In this document: positions 41,876 to 53,940 of the stretch, one piece after another
How positions within the stretch are numbered: position 1 is the stretch's first letter
Layout: every line of letters begins with the position of its first letter
DNA from: Pseudomonadota bacterium
GTDB taxonomy: Bacteria > Pseudomonadota > Gammaproteobacteria > Burkholderiales > Burkholderiaceae_C
Direction: 5' to 3'
Assembly: GCA_022566735.1 (NCBI GenBank)
Contig: JADFIG010000009.1
Coordinates: 6,483 to 70,482, forward strand
Length of the DNA: 64,000 nt
Notes under the pieces: model-generated
Told to the model about the DNA's origin: nothing
What the model saw: the letters and a program-made list of their open reading frames with translations, nothing else
The model's database searches: none
Translations under genes and position numbers: made by a program

Positions 41876-42808
41876 TCAGAAGTCCTTGGGGCGGAAATCC
41901 AGCTGCATCAGCGGGGGCACGCGGCCCTGCTCGTCGGCCGGCAGCACCTCGGTGCGGTCCAGCGCGCGCAGCACGGCCTCGTCCCAGGCGGCCACGCCCG
42001 AGGACACCAGCAGCTTGCGCGAGACGATGCGCCCGTCCGGCGCACAGCGCACCTCCACCTGGGCCAGGGGGTTGCCGTTGACCGAATCGGTGAAGACGAC
42101 GTTGGGCTTGATGCGCGCGATCAGGCGCCCGATGTAGCTCTTGCTGGGCCCGGCCGCGGCCGCCGCACGCCCTGCGCCGCCCGGGCCACCGCCCAGGTCG
42201 GACATCATGCGCGCCAGGTGGGCCTGGCGCAGGGCCTCGCGCTCGGCCGCGCTCTTGGCGTCGCTCTTGGCGTCGCTCTTGGCCTCGCTCTTGGCCTGCT
42301 CGGCCCTGGCCCGCGCGTCCGCCTTCGGGTCAGGCTTGGGGTCCGGCTTCCTGGGGTCCGGCTCCGGCTTGCGCGAAGGCTTGGGCGGCGAGGTCTCGAA
42401 AACCTCCTTGGGCTCCTTGCGCTGCTTTTCCCTGGGCTCTTTCCTGGGCGCCCGCTCGGTCACGATGTCGGGCTTGGGCGGCTCCACCTTGGGCTCAGGG
42501 GCCGGTGGGGGGGGAGGCTCCGGGGCAGGCGTCGGCGGGGTCGGCTCAGGCTCGGGTTGCGGCGGCGGCGGGGCCTCGGCAGGGGCGGCAGCCTGGGGGA
42601 TGGCCGACCACACTTCGGCCTCCACGGCCACCTCGGTCTGCACCTTCCAGCTCACGGCAAAGGCCAGGGCGGCCACCAGCGTCAGGTGGGCCACCACGGC
42701 CAGGGACACCCCCGGCCACCAGCGCTCATCGGCGTGGGGGCGCCAGCCCGGGCCATCCTGGACGGCCACGCTGCCGATGGGGTCGCGCACGGAGGCGGCG
42801 GCGCTCAC
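41876..42808 (-). CDS. tolA: Cell envelope integrity protein TolA (TonB_C-like C-terminus)
   Basis: TM helix with S...H, Pro/Lys-rich linker, SSGVAAWDEAVLRAL; follows tolQR. GTG start inferred. Confidence 0.88.
   Translation of the reverse strand: MSAAASVRDPIGSVAVQDGPGWRPHADERWWPGVSLAVVAHLTLVAALAFAVSWKVQTEVAVEAEVWSAIPQAAAPAEAPPPPQPEPEPTPPTPAPEPPPPPAPEPKVEPPKPDIVTERAPRKEPREKQRKEPKEVFETSPPKPSRKPEPDPRKPDPKPDPKADARARAEQAKSEAKSDAKSDAKSAAEREALRQAHLARMMSDLGGGPGGAGRAAAAAGPSKSYIGRLIARIKPNVVFTDSVNGNPLAQVEVRCAPDGRIVSRKLLVSSGVAAWDEAVLRALDRTEVLPADEQGRVPPLMQLDFRPKDF
42251..42298. repeat. 12-bp tandem repeat x4 inside tolA
   Basis: GCTCTTGGCGTC x2, GCTCTTGGCCTC, GCTCTTGGCCTG; encodes AKS(E/D) repeats. Confidence 0.9.
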
Positions 42809-42812
42809 GGCC

Positions 42813-43256
42813 TCAGCCTCCCGTGGTGCGCACCGACAGGCCCACGCGGGCCACACCGGCACGCTGCAACACGTCCATCACGTGCACGACGGACTCGTAG
42901 CGGATGTCCTTGCGCGCGCTGATGATGACGGGCACGGCGTTGGCGCCGTCCTGGGCATCGGCCTGCACGGCCTTGACCTGGCCGGGCAACTCCTTGACCG
43001 ACAGGCTCTGCCAGTCGCCGCCGTTGACGCGCATGCGCACGCGCGCATCCTCGTCGAGCACCACCTCGACCACCTTCTCCGGCGCCTGCCTGGCACGGCC
43101 GATGCTGGGCAGGTCCACCACGCCCGTGGGCAGCAGGGGCGCACTCACCATGAAGATGATCAGCAGCACCAGCATCACGTCGATGAAGGGCACCATGTTG
43201 ATCTCGTTGCGGGTGCGCCGCCGGCGGCCACCGCCACGTGCATTGAGCTCGGCCAT
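42813..43256 (-). CDS. tolR: TolR/ExbD
   Basis: EINMVPFIDVMLVLLIIFMV. Confidence 0.95.
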   Translation of the reverse strand: MAELNARGGGRRRRTRNEINMVPFIDVMLVLLIIFMVSAPLLPTGVVDLPSIGRARQAPEKVVEVVLDEDARVRMRVNGGDWQSLSVKELPGQVKAVQADAQDGANAVPVIISARKDIRYESVVHVMDVLQRAGVARVGLSVRTTGG

Positions 43257-43259
43257 GGC

Positions 43260-43985
43260 TCAGCGTCCCAGTGGCTGGCGGGCCGCGGCGTCGGGCTGGC
43301 CCGCGGGGATGGCGGGCGCCGCATTGCGCGCCAGGATGTTGGAGAACTCCTCGATGAAGGACTCCATCTGGATGGCGATGCGGTCGATGTCCCGCGCGAA
43401 GCGGTTGTAGGCCAGCACCGCCGGGATGGCGGCGAACAGGCCGATGGCCGTGGCCACCAGGGCTTCGGCGATGCCGGGGGCCACCGTGGCCAGCGTCACC
43501 TGCTGCATGTTGGACAGGCCCGTGAAGGCGTGCATGATGCCCCACACGGTGCCGAACAGGCCGATGTAGGGCGACACCGAACCGACCGAACCCAGGAAGT
43601 CCAGGCGGGCCTCGACGGCGTCCATCTCGCGCTGGTAGCTGGCGCGCATCGCGCGGCGGGCGCCGTCCAGCAGGGCGTTGGGGTCGGCGACGCGGCGCTC
43701 GCGCTGCTTCATGAACTCGCGCATGCCCGCGGCAAAGATGCGGCCCTGCGGCGAAGCCGGGCCACTGCCGCTGCTGGCATCCTGGAACAGCTCCTGCAGC
43801 GTGCGCCCCGCCCAGAACTCGCGGTCGAAGGCGTCGTTGTCCTGGCGCACCCGCTTGAGGCCCAGCACCTTGCCGAAGATGATGCTCCAGCTCGTCAGCG
43901 AGACCAGCAGCAGGATGGCCATCACGATCTGCACCACCACGCTGGCGTGCAACACCAGGTGAAGGATCGACAGGTCTTGGTTCAT
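43260..43985 (-). CDS. tolQ: TolQ
   Basis: SPYIGLFGTVWGIM, VAPGIAEALVATAIGLFAAIPA. Confidence 0.97.
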   Translation of the reverse strand: MNQDLSILHLVLHASVVVQIVMAILLLVSLTSWSIIFGKVLGLKRVRQDNDAFDREFWAGRTLQELFQDASSGSGPASPQGRIFAAGMREFMKQRERRVADPNALLDGARRAMRASYQREMDAVEARLDFLGSVGSVSPYIGLFGTVWGIMHAFTGLSNMQQVTLATVAPGIAEALVATAIGLFAAIPAVLAYNRFARDIDRIAIQMESFIEEFSNILARNAAPAIPAGQPDAAARQPLGR

Positions 43986-44012
43986 GGGACGGGGCTCCGG
44001 TGGGCCAGGCGC

Positions 44013-44528
44013 TCAGGCCGGGTGGGTGGGGTGGGGGACGGGGTGGGGGGCCTGGCACTCGGGCAAAGGCTCGGGCAGACACGCCAGGATGCGCGGCGGG
44101 ATGCGCCCGGGCTTGAGCTGGGCCGGTTCGCCCTGGGCCTGCACCCAGCCGATGCGGATGCGGCCCGTGGCCAGCAAGGTGTCAGCGCGCCAGACTTCCT
44201 GGGCGAAGGCCACGCTGGCGCGGCCGCGCTCGATCACGGCGACCGTGACCGTGAGCAAGTCGTCCAGGCGGGCGGGCTGCAGGTAGCGCAACTGCGTTTC
44301 CGCGACCACGAACATGCCTTCGCCGCTGCGGCGCATGCCCTCCTGGTCAAAGCCCAAGGCGCGCAGCCACTCCGTGCGGGCGCGTTCCATGAACTTGAGG
44401 TAGTTGCCATAGAAGACGATGCCGCCAGCATCGGTGTCTTCCCAGTAGATGCGCACTGGGTGCTGGTGGTGCCAGCGGCCAGCGGCGGCGCGAGGGGCCA
44501 GGGCGGAGGCGAGGTCGGGCGCGGTCAT
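44013..44528 (-). CDS. ybgC: Tol-Pal-associated acyl-CoA thioesterase
   Basis: RIYWEDTDAGGIVFYGNYLKFMERAR. Confidence 0.94.
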   Translation of the reverse strand: MTAPDLASALAPRAAAGRWHHQHPVRIYWEDTDAGGIVFYGNYLKFMERARTEWLRALGFDQEGMRRSGEGMFVVAETQLRYLQPARLDDLLTVTVAVIERGRASVAFAQEVWRADTLLATGRIRIGWVQAQGEPAQLKPGRIPPRILACLPEPLPECQAPHPVPHPTHPA

Positions 44529-44615
44529 GAGCCGGCATTATCCCTCGTCGCGCCACGCCCCTCACGCCATTGGCCCGGGGTGACGAGGTGGCTTCACGCA
44601 TCTTTGCGATCCCGC

Positions 44616-45107
44616 TCAGACCATGTCGGGTGGCACGACGGCGTGCAGCACCACCTGGGCGTCGCCCTCGCGCTCGCGCGAGCGCAGCCACCACACCGCG
44701 CCCTTGCGCACCGCCCAGGGCTGGTCCTGGCCGGCCAGCAGGCGCGCCGCCAGCACCCCCAGCGAGGGCTGGTGACCGACGATGAGCACCGGGTCGCGCG
44801 AGACCGGCCAGCGCGCCGCCTGCAACAGGTCGTCGACGCTGGCCAGCGGGTTGAGCGTGTCCACGGTGCGCGCCTTGCGGCCCAGGGCCGCGGCGGTCTG
44901 CTGGGTGCGCAAGGCCGGGCTGACCAGCACGCGCGTGGTATCTGGCAGCCGCTGGTTGAGCCACATGGCCATGCGCTCGGCCTGGCGCTGGCCCTTGGGG
45001 GTCAGCGGCCGGGCCAGATCACGTTCCAGCTCGAACGGCAGCACCGACTCGCCGTCTTCTGCCAGCAGCATCTGCGCCTGAGCGTGGCGCCACAAAATCA
45101 GGTCCAT
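44616..45107 (-). CDS. sixA: Phosphohistidine phosphatase SixA family
   Basis: LILWRHA, RPLTPKG, SPALRTQQTA, VGHQP. Confidence 0.9.
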   Translation of the reverse strand: MDLILWRHAQAQMLLAEDGESVLPFELERDLARPLTPKGQRQAERMAMWLNQRLPDTTRVLVSPALRTQQTAAALGRKARTVDTLNPLASVDDLLQAARWPVSRDPVLIVGHQPSLGVLAARLLAGQDQPWAVRKGAVWWLRSREREGDAQVVLHAVVPPDMV

Positions 45108-45218
45108 GGCCTGTCCTCCCTATGAGCTTTTTGCGCTCTTGTGCTTTTGTGATGCCGCGGGAGTGTAGCGGCACGCCGTGGCAAGCGGATGGCAAACCGC
45201 CCGCCCACCTTGGCGCGC

Positions 45219-47294
45219 TCAGACCGTGCGGCGGTAGCGCAGCATCAAGGCGCGCTGGGCGCTGTGGCCGCCCGGCTCGTTGATGCGCTCGTAGCGGCCG
45301 TCGCTGAGCTGGCGCCAGGCGTCGCGGCCGTCCAGCAGGTAGGGCACCAGGCACTCGTCGATGACGCGCTGGCGCAGCTGCGGGTCGCGCACCGGCCAGG
45401 CCGCCTCGATGCGCCGCGTCATGTTGCGGTTCATCCAGTCGGCGCTGGAGAGGAACAGCGCCTCTTCGTACTCGTCGCTGCCCCAGCGGAAGTACAGCAC
45501 GCGGGTGTGCTCCAGCATGCGCCCCACCACCGAGCGCACGCGGATGCGGTCGGTCACGCCGGCCAGTCCCGGCGGCAGGATGCAGGCGCCGCGGATGATG
45601 AGGTCGATGTCCACCCCCGCCTGTCCAGCCTCGATCAGGGCCCTGACCAGCGGCTCGTCGGTCAGCGCATTGCACTTGACGACGACCCGCGCCGGGCGCC
45701 CGGCACGCGCCGCGTCCCCGCACCGGCCGATCAGCCGCAGCATGTGGTCCTGCATGCTGAACGGGGCCAGCTGCAGCAGGCGCGTGGACTTCATCTGCGT
45801 CAGGCTGGAGAGCTGCTGGAAGACGCGGTCCACGTCGGCCGTCATGTCCGGCTGGCTGGTCAGGAAGCCCACGTCGGTGTAGAGCCGCGAGGTCTTGGGG
45901 TTGTAGTTGCCGGTGGACAGGTGGGCATAGCGGCGCAGGCGTGCGCCTTCGCGGCGCGTCACCAGCATCATCTTGGCGTGGGTCTTCAGGCCCACGATGC
46001 CGTACACCACCTGCGCACCCAGGGCTTCGAGCCGCTCGGCCCAGTTGATGTTGGCTTCTTCGTCGAAGCGGGCCTTGAGCTCCACCACGGCCAGCACTTC
46101 CTTGCCGCGGCGCACGGCTTCGAGCAACAGCTCCATCAGCACCGACTCGCTGCCGGTGCGGTAGATGGTCTGCTTGATGGCCAGCACATCGGGGTCGTAG
46201 ACGGCCTCGCGCAGGAACTGCACGACCACGTCGAAGCTCTGGAAGGGGTGGTGCAGCAGGCAGTCGTGGTGGCGCAGGTGCTCGAACAGGCCTTGCTGCG
46301 GCAGGTCGGCCGGCCAGGCGGGCTCGTAGGGCGCAAAGCGCAGCGCGTCGGCGTCGGCCTGGTCGATCAGCTGGGTCAGGCGCACCAGGTTGACCGGGCC
46401 GTTGACCATGAACAGGGCTTGCGCGGGCAGGCTGAACTGTTCGAGCAGGAAGTCCGACAGGTCGGCCGGGCAGGAGCGCACCACCTCCAGGCGCACGGCC
46501 TGGCCGAACTGGCGCGTGCTCATCTTGGAGCGCAGCGCCTGGCGCAGGTCGGTGACGTCGTCCTCGTCGACCTCGATGTCGGAGTCGCGCGTGAGGCGGA
46601 ACTGCGAGAAGGCCTTGATCTCGCGGCCCGGGAACAGCTCGTCGAGGTGGGCACGGATGACGCTGGACAGCATCACGAAGCCCTGCTGGCCTTCGGGCAT
46701 GAGCGCGGCCGGCAAGGCGATCACGCGCGGCAGCACCCGCGGGATGCGCACGATGGCGATGTCGTTGTCACGTCCGAAGGCGTCCCGCCCGCCCAGGCGC
46801 ACGATGAAGTTCAGCGTCTTGTTGGCGACCTGCGGGAAGGGGTGCGCCGGGTCCAGGCCGATGGGCACCAGCAGCGGACGCACCTGGCGGCGGAAGAAGT
46901 CGGCCACCCACTCGCGCTGGTCGGCATTGCGGTCGGCGTGGTTGAGGATGAGGATGCCGGCGTCGTGCAGCTTGGGCGTCACCACCTCGTTGAAGATCTG
47001 GTACTGCTCCTCGACGAGGCGGTGCGATTCGCGCGCGACCTCGGCGATGTAGGCCGGGTCGATGCCCGTGCCCGGCATGCGCGAGGCCTCGATGACATCG
47101 GCGAAGCGCACTTCGAAGAACTCGTCGAGGTTGGACGAGACGATGCAGATGTAGCGCAGCCGCTCCAGCAGCGGCACGTCCTCACGCTGGGCCTGGGCCA
47201 GCACGCGTCGGTTGAATTCGAGGATGGCCTGCTCGCGCCCGAGCAGCTTGACGCGCGGTTGGTCCAGCACCTGAGATGGGAATGTGTTGTTCAT
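45219..47294 (-). CDS. ppk1: Polyphosphate kinase 1
   Basis: SSNLDEFFEVR, HHPFQSF, ELKARFDEEANI, KTHAK, SSADWMNRN. Confidence 0.97.
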   Translation of the reverse strand: MNNTFPSQVLDQPRVKLLGREQAILEFNRRVLAQAQREDVPLLERLRYICIVSSNLDEFFEVRFADVIEASRMPGTGIDPAYIAEVARESHRLVEEQYQIFNEVVTPKLHDAGILILNHADRNADQREWVADFFRRQVRPLLVPIGLDPAHPFPQVANKTLNFIVRLGGRDAFGRDNDIAIVRIPRVLPRVIALPAALMPEGQQGFVMLSSVIRAHLDELFPGREIKAFSQFRLTRDSDIEVDEDDVTDLRQALRSKMSTRQFGQAVRLEVVRSCPADLSDFLLEQFSLPAQALFMVNGPVNLVRLTQLIDQADADALRFAPYEPAWPADLPQQGLFEHLRHHDCLLHHPFQSFDVVVQFLREAVYDPDVLAIKQTIYRTGSESVLMELLLEAVRRGKEVLAVVELKARFDEEANINWAERLEALGAQVVYGIVGLKTHAKMMLVTRREGARLRRYAHLSTGNYNPKTSRLYTDVGFLTSQPDMTADVDRVFQQLSSLTQMKSTRLLQLAPFSMQDHMLRLIGRCGDAARAGRPARVVVKCNALTDEPLVRALIEAGQAGVDIDLIIRGACILPPGLAGVTDRIRVRSVVGRMLEHTRVLYFRWGSDEYEEALFLSSADWMNRNMTRRIEAAWPVRDPQLRQRVIDECLVPYLLDGRDAWRQLSDGRYERINEPGGHSAQRALMLRYRRTV

Positions 47295-47312
47295 GTCGGC
47301 TCGATTTTAGGG

Positions 47313-50240
<2,928 letters not shown>

Positions 50241-50299
50241 GCCCCGGATTGTCGCCGCGGATCGGCGCGCGGAACGCCTCTCGTCATCCGAGTCCGGGA

Positions 50300-50926
50300 T
50301 CAGAACTCGGCCATGCCGCCCACGGACAGCAGGTACTCGCCGCGGCGGCCGCGCAGCAGGAAGTCGGCGCTGGAGACCAGCTTGAAGTCACGCGACAGGC
50401 GGTAGGCCAGGCCGGCGCCGATGTACGGGGCGGTGTAGTGTTCCTTGCTGCGCAGCTTGTTGGCGCCGGAGACGCGGTCGTTGGTCTGCTCGACGGCGGC
50501 CCAGCCGAAGCGCAACTGGTTGGTGAAGTCCTGGATCAGCTCCACTTCCCACAGGATGTTGACGGCGGTGGCGCGCACGCTGCGGTCTTCGGAGTCGAAG
50601 CCCATGGCCGAGGCGGTGGCGGCGCTGTTGCTGCGGGTGCGCTTGCCGAACATGAAGTAGTTGATTTCAGCGGCCAGGCCCGGGGTCAGGCGCTTGCCGG
50701 CGAAGAGCTTGCCGCTCCAGACGGCGCGGTCGCAGGTGACGTCGCATTCCCAGTTGTTGATGCCGAAGCCGGCGGTGGCACCACCGTAGATCCCGAGGGG
50801 CGCAGAGGCCGGCTGCAACTGGCCTGCCGGGGCAGACTGCGCCTGGGCCGACACGCTGACCGACATCAGCAACGCGGCGGCGATGGAGGCGAGGGGCAAG
50901 GACGAGCGGGAAGCGGTCGCGTTCAT
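50300..50926 (-). CDS. Outer-membrane beta-barrel protein (OmpA-like TM domain)
   Basis: Signal peptide AQA, KLFAGKRLTPGLAAEINY, PYIGAGLAYRL, C-terminal Phe. Confidence 0.85.
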   Translation of the reverse strand: MNATASRSSLPLASIAAALLMSVSVSAQAQSAPAGQLQPASAPLGIYGGATAGFGINNWECDVTCDRAVWSGKLFAGKRLTPGLAAEINYFMFGKRTRSNSAATASAMGFDSEDRSVRATAVNILWEVELIQDFTNQLRFGWAAVEQTNDRVSGANKLRSKEHYTAPYIGAGLAYRLSRDFKLVSSADFLLRGRRGEYLLSVGGMAEF

Positions 50927-51153
50927 GATGAAGGGTGTTTCCTCGGTATCGGTTTGGTGGGTGCCGCACCCCGGCGCGCCGGGATGACACAATCCGATTG
51001 AGTCTGCCACAGCGACTCCTACAATCGCGGGCTTGCCGCGGGTGCGATCCTGAGGGTTTTCACTTGCGTTCATGCGCCCTGCGCCGCAGCTGTCAGCAAT
51101 TGCCCCCACAGTGCCCCCTTAGGCGTTCCGTTCCCTCCGTCCACCACCGCCCC

Positions 51154-52146
51154 ATGGCCGTTTTCACCGAAGTCACCCGCGACGAAGCCGCCGCCCTGCT
51201 CACGCAACTGGGCCTGGGCACCCTGCAGTCGATGCAAGGCATCCACTCCGGCATCGAGAACACCAACTACTTCGTCCACACCGACCGCGGTGACTACGTG
51301 CTGACCCTGTTCGAGCGCCTGAGCTTCGAGCAACTGCCCTTCTACCTGAACCTGATGGGCCACCTCGCCAGCCACGGCATCCCCGTGCCCGCCCCCCAGG
51401 CCAATGCGCAAGGCGAGGTCCTGCACACCCTCAAGGGCAAGCCCGCCGCCGTGGTGACGCGCCTGAAGGGCCGCAACCAGCTCAGCCCGCAGGCGGCCGA
51501 TTGCGCCCAGGTCGGCGAGATGCTGGCGCGCATGCACCTGGCCGGCCAGGACTACCCCGGCCAGCAGCCCAACCTGCGCGGCCTGGCCTGGTGGGTCGAG
51601 ACCGTGCCCGTGGTCAAGCCCTTCCTGACGCCCACCCAGGCCGAGTTGATCGACACCGAGCTGGCCTTCCAGCAGGCCCTGGCCGCGTCCAGCGACTTCC
51701 AGTCCCTGCCCCACGGCCCCATCCACGCCGACCTGTTCCGCGACAACGTCATGTTCGACGGCCCCACGCTGTCGGGCTTCTTCGATTTCTATTTCGCCGG
51801 CTGCGACACCTTCGGCTTCGACATCGCCGTGTGCCTCAACGACTGGTGCATCGACCTGGCCACCGGCACGCTGGACGCGGCCCGCGCCCAGGCCTTCGTG
51901 GCCGCCTACGACGCCGTGCGCCCGCTGACCGACACCGAGTTGCGCCTGCTGCCCGCGCTGTTGCGCTCGGCGGCCATGCGCTTCTGGCTGTCGCGCCTGT
52001 GGGACTTCCACCTGCCCCGCGACGCCGCCATGCTGCAGCCGCACGACCCGGCCCACTTCGAGCGCGTGCTGACCCTGCGCCGCCAGCGCCCCTGGAGCTA
52101 CCAGCGCGGCGCCCAGCCGGGCACGCAGGGGAGCGGCCAGGCATGA
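51154..52146 (+). CDS. thrB: Homoserine kinase type II
   Basis: MAVFTEV, GIENTNYF, IHADLFRDNV, DFYFAG, RFWLSRL. Confidence 0.95.
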   Translation: MAVFTEVTRDEAAALLTQLGLGTLQSMQGIHSGIENTNYFVHTDRGDYVLTLFERLSFEQLPFYLNLMGHLASHGIPVPAPQANAQGEVLHTLKGKPAAVVTRLKGRNQLSPQAADCAQVGEMLARMHLAGQDYPGQQPNLRGLAWWVETVPVVKPFLTPTQAELIDTELAFQQALAASSDFQSLPHGPIHADLFRDNVMFDGPTLSGFFDFYFAGCDTFGFDIAVCLNDWCIDLATGTLDAARAQAFVAAYDAVRPLTDTELRLLPALLRSAAMRFWLSRLWDFHLPRDAAMLQPHDPAHFERVLTLRRQRPWSYQRGAQPGTQGSGQA

Positions 52147-52982
52147 AGCTGCGCATCGTCCCCGCCTCCCGCGGCCTGGCCTGGATGCGCCAGGGCCTGC
52201 AGACGCTGCGCCGCCAGCCGCTGGGCTTCATGGGCCTGGTGGGCATGGTGATCGGCGCGGCGCTGCTGCTGGCCGGCGTGCCGCTGCTGGGCCCGCTGGC
52301 CGTGCTGGCGGCCATGCCGGTGATGTGGATGGGCTTCATGCTCGCCACCCGCCGCACCCTGCTGGGCGAGCGCGTGACGCCGGGCGTGCTGATCGAGGCC
52401 GTGCGTGCGCCCGACGCGCCGCGCAAGACCTTCCTGCAACTGGGCGGCGCCTACATCGCGGCCATCCAGGTCATGATGCTGCTGGCCGGCTTGCTGGGCC
52501 CGGGCCCGCAGGCCCTGGCCGATGCCATGGAAGCCATCGACGCGGCCGAAGACGCCGCCTCGGCCATGGTCGCCAACCCGGTCGTGCTGGAGGACATGCT
52601 CTGGCGCATGGCCCTGGTGCTGCCCGTCTCACTGGTGTTCTGGCACACCCCGGCGCTGGTGCTGTGGGCCCGCCTGCCGGTGGGCAAGGCGCTGTTCTTC
52701 AGTGCCGTGGCCACCTGGCGCAACCTGGGCGCCTTCGTCATCTACGGCCTGTGCTGGCTGGGCGCCCTGCTGGTGCTGGGCCTGCTGGACCGCCTCGTCC
52801 TGTCGGTGCTGCCCATCCCCGCGCTGGCCAATGCCCTGGCCTTCTGCGGTGCGCTGGCACTGGGCGCGGCGTTCTACGCCTCGCTGTACTTCACCACGGT
52901 GGACTGCTTCGAGGCCCCCCACGACGCCACCCCGGATGCCACGCCACCAGGCGCCCCGACAGACGGCCAGGACAGCGACTGA
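52143..52982 (+). CDS. BPSS1780-family membrane protein
   Basis: MKLRIVPASRGLAWMRQG, multiple TMs, FWHTPALV; follows thrB as in other Burkholderiales. Confidence 0.85.
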   Translation: MKLRIVPASRGLAWMRQGLQTLRRQPLGFMGLVGMVIGAALLLAGVPLLGPLAVLAAMPVMWMGFMLATRRTLLGERVTPGVLIEAVRAPDAPRKTFLQLGGAYIAAIQVMMLLAGLLGPGPQALADAMEAIDAAEDAASAMVANPVVLEDMLWRMALVLPVSLVFWHTPALVLWARLPVGKALFFSAVATWRNLGAFVIYGLCWLGALLVLGLLDRLVLSVLPIPALANALAFCGALALGAAFYASLYFTTVDCFEAPHDATPDATPPGAPTDGQDSD

Positions 52983-53906
52983 TCAATCGCTGAGCCGCTG
53001 CACGCCATCCAGCGGGCAGGCGTAGATGGCGTTGCGCAGCGCGGCAATCGCCTCGTAGCGCGTGAAGCTGCGCCGCCAGGCCAGCACCACCCGGCGCGTG
53101 GGCGCGGGCTCCTCGAAGGGGATGTAGACCAGGTGCGGGTGGGGCTCCTTGGGCACCGACAGGCTGGGCACCACGGTCACGCCCATGCCGGCAGCGACCA
53201 TGTGCTTGATCGTCTCCAGCGACGAGCCCTCGAAGCTCTTGCGGATGCCGTCGGCGTCGCTCGAAAACCGCGCGAACTCCGGGCACACCTCCAGCACGTG
53301 GTCGCGGAAGCAGTGGCCCGTGCCCAGCAGCAGCATGGTCTCGCGCTTGAGCTCCTCGGCGCCGATCGCCTGGCGCGTGGCCAGGTGGTGCGAACGCGGC
53401 ACGGCCACGAGGAAGGGCTCGTCGTACAGCGGCGCGATGGCCAGGTTGCTGTCGATGAAGGGCTCGGCCAGGATGGCGCAGTCCAGCTCGCCGGCGCGCA
53501 GCATCTCCAGCAGCTTGACGGTGAAGTTCTCCTGCAGCATCAGCGGCATCTGCGGCACGTGCTCGATGCAGGAACGCACCAGGTCGGGCAGCAGGTAGGG
53601 GCCGATGGTGTAGATCACGCCCAGGCGCAGGGCGCCGGCCAGCGGGTCCTTGCCGCGCTTGGCGATCTCCTTGATGGCCTGGGCCTGCTCCAGCACCGCC
53701 TGGGCCTGGCGGACGATGTCCTCGCCCAGCGGCGTGACGCTGATCTCGTTGCTGCCGCGCTCGAAGAGCTTGACGTCCAGCTCTTCTTCGAGCTTCTTGA
53801 CGGCCACGGACAGCGTGGGCTGGGAAACGAAGCAGGCCTCGGCGGCCCGCCCGAAATGGCGTTCGCGGGCGACGGCCACGATGTAGCGGAGTTCGGTCAG
53901 CGTCAT
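52983..53906 (-). CDS. oxyR: Hydrogen peroxide sensor OxyR (LysR family)
   Basis: LysR HTH; GHCFRDHVLEVC with both redox cysteines; downstream of recG. Confidence 0.92.
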   Translation of the reverse strand: MTLTELRYIVAVARERHFGRAAEACFVSQPTLSVAVKKLEEELDVKLFERGSNEISVTPLGEDIVRQAQAVLEQAQAIKEIAKRGKDPLAGALRLGVIYTIGPYLLPDLVRSCIEHVPQMPLMLQENFTVKLLEMLRAGELDCAILAEPFIDSNLAIAPLYDEPFLVAVPRSHHLATRQAIGAEELKRETMLLLGTGHCFRDHVLEVCPEFARFSSDADGIRKSFEGSSLETIKHMVAAGMGVTVVPSLSVPKEPHPHLVYIPFEEPAPTRRVVLAWRRSFTRYEAIAALRNAIYACPLDGVQRLSD

Positions 53907-53940
53907 GGAGGAAGATTGTGGGGCACATCCGCCCCCGAGA

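Noticed and set aside
12701-45125. Other very long opposite-strand ORFs (12701-15646, 21957-25076, 31098-34016, 39163-41844, 42141-45125)
   Set aside because: All overlap confidently identified genes on the other strand and have shadow-type composition.
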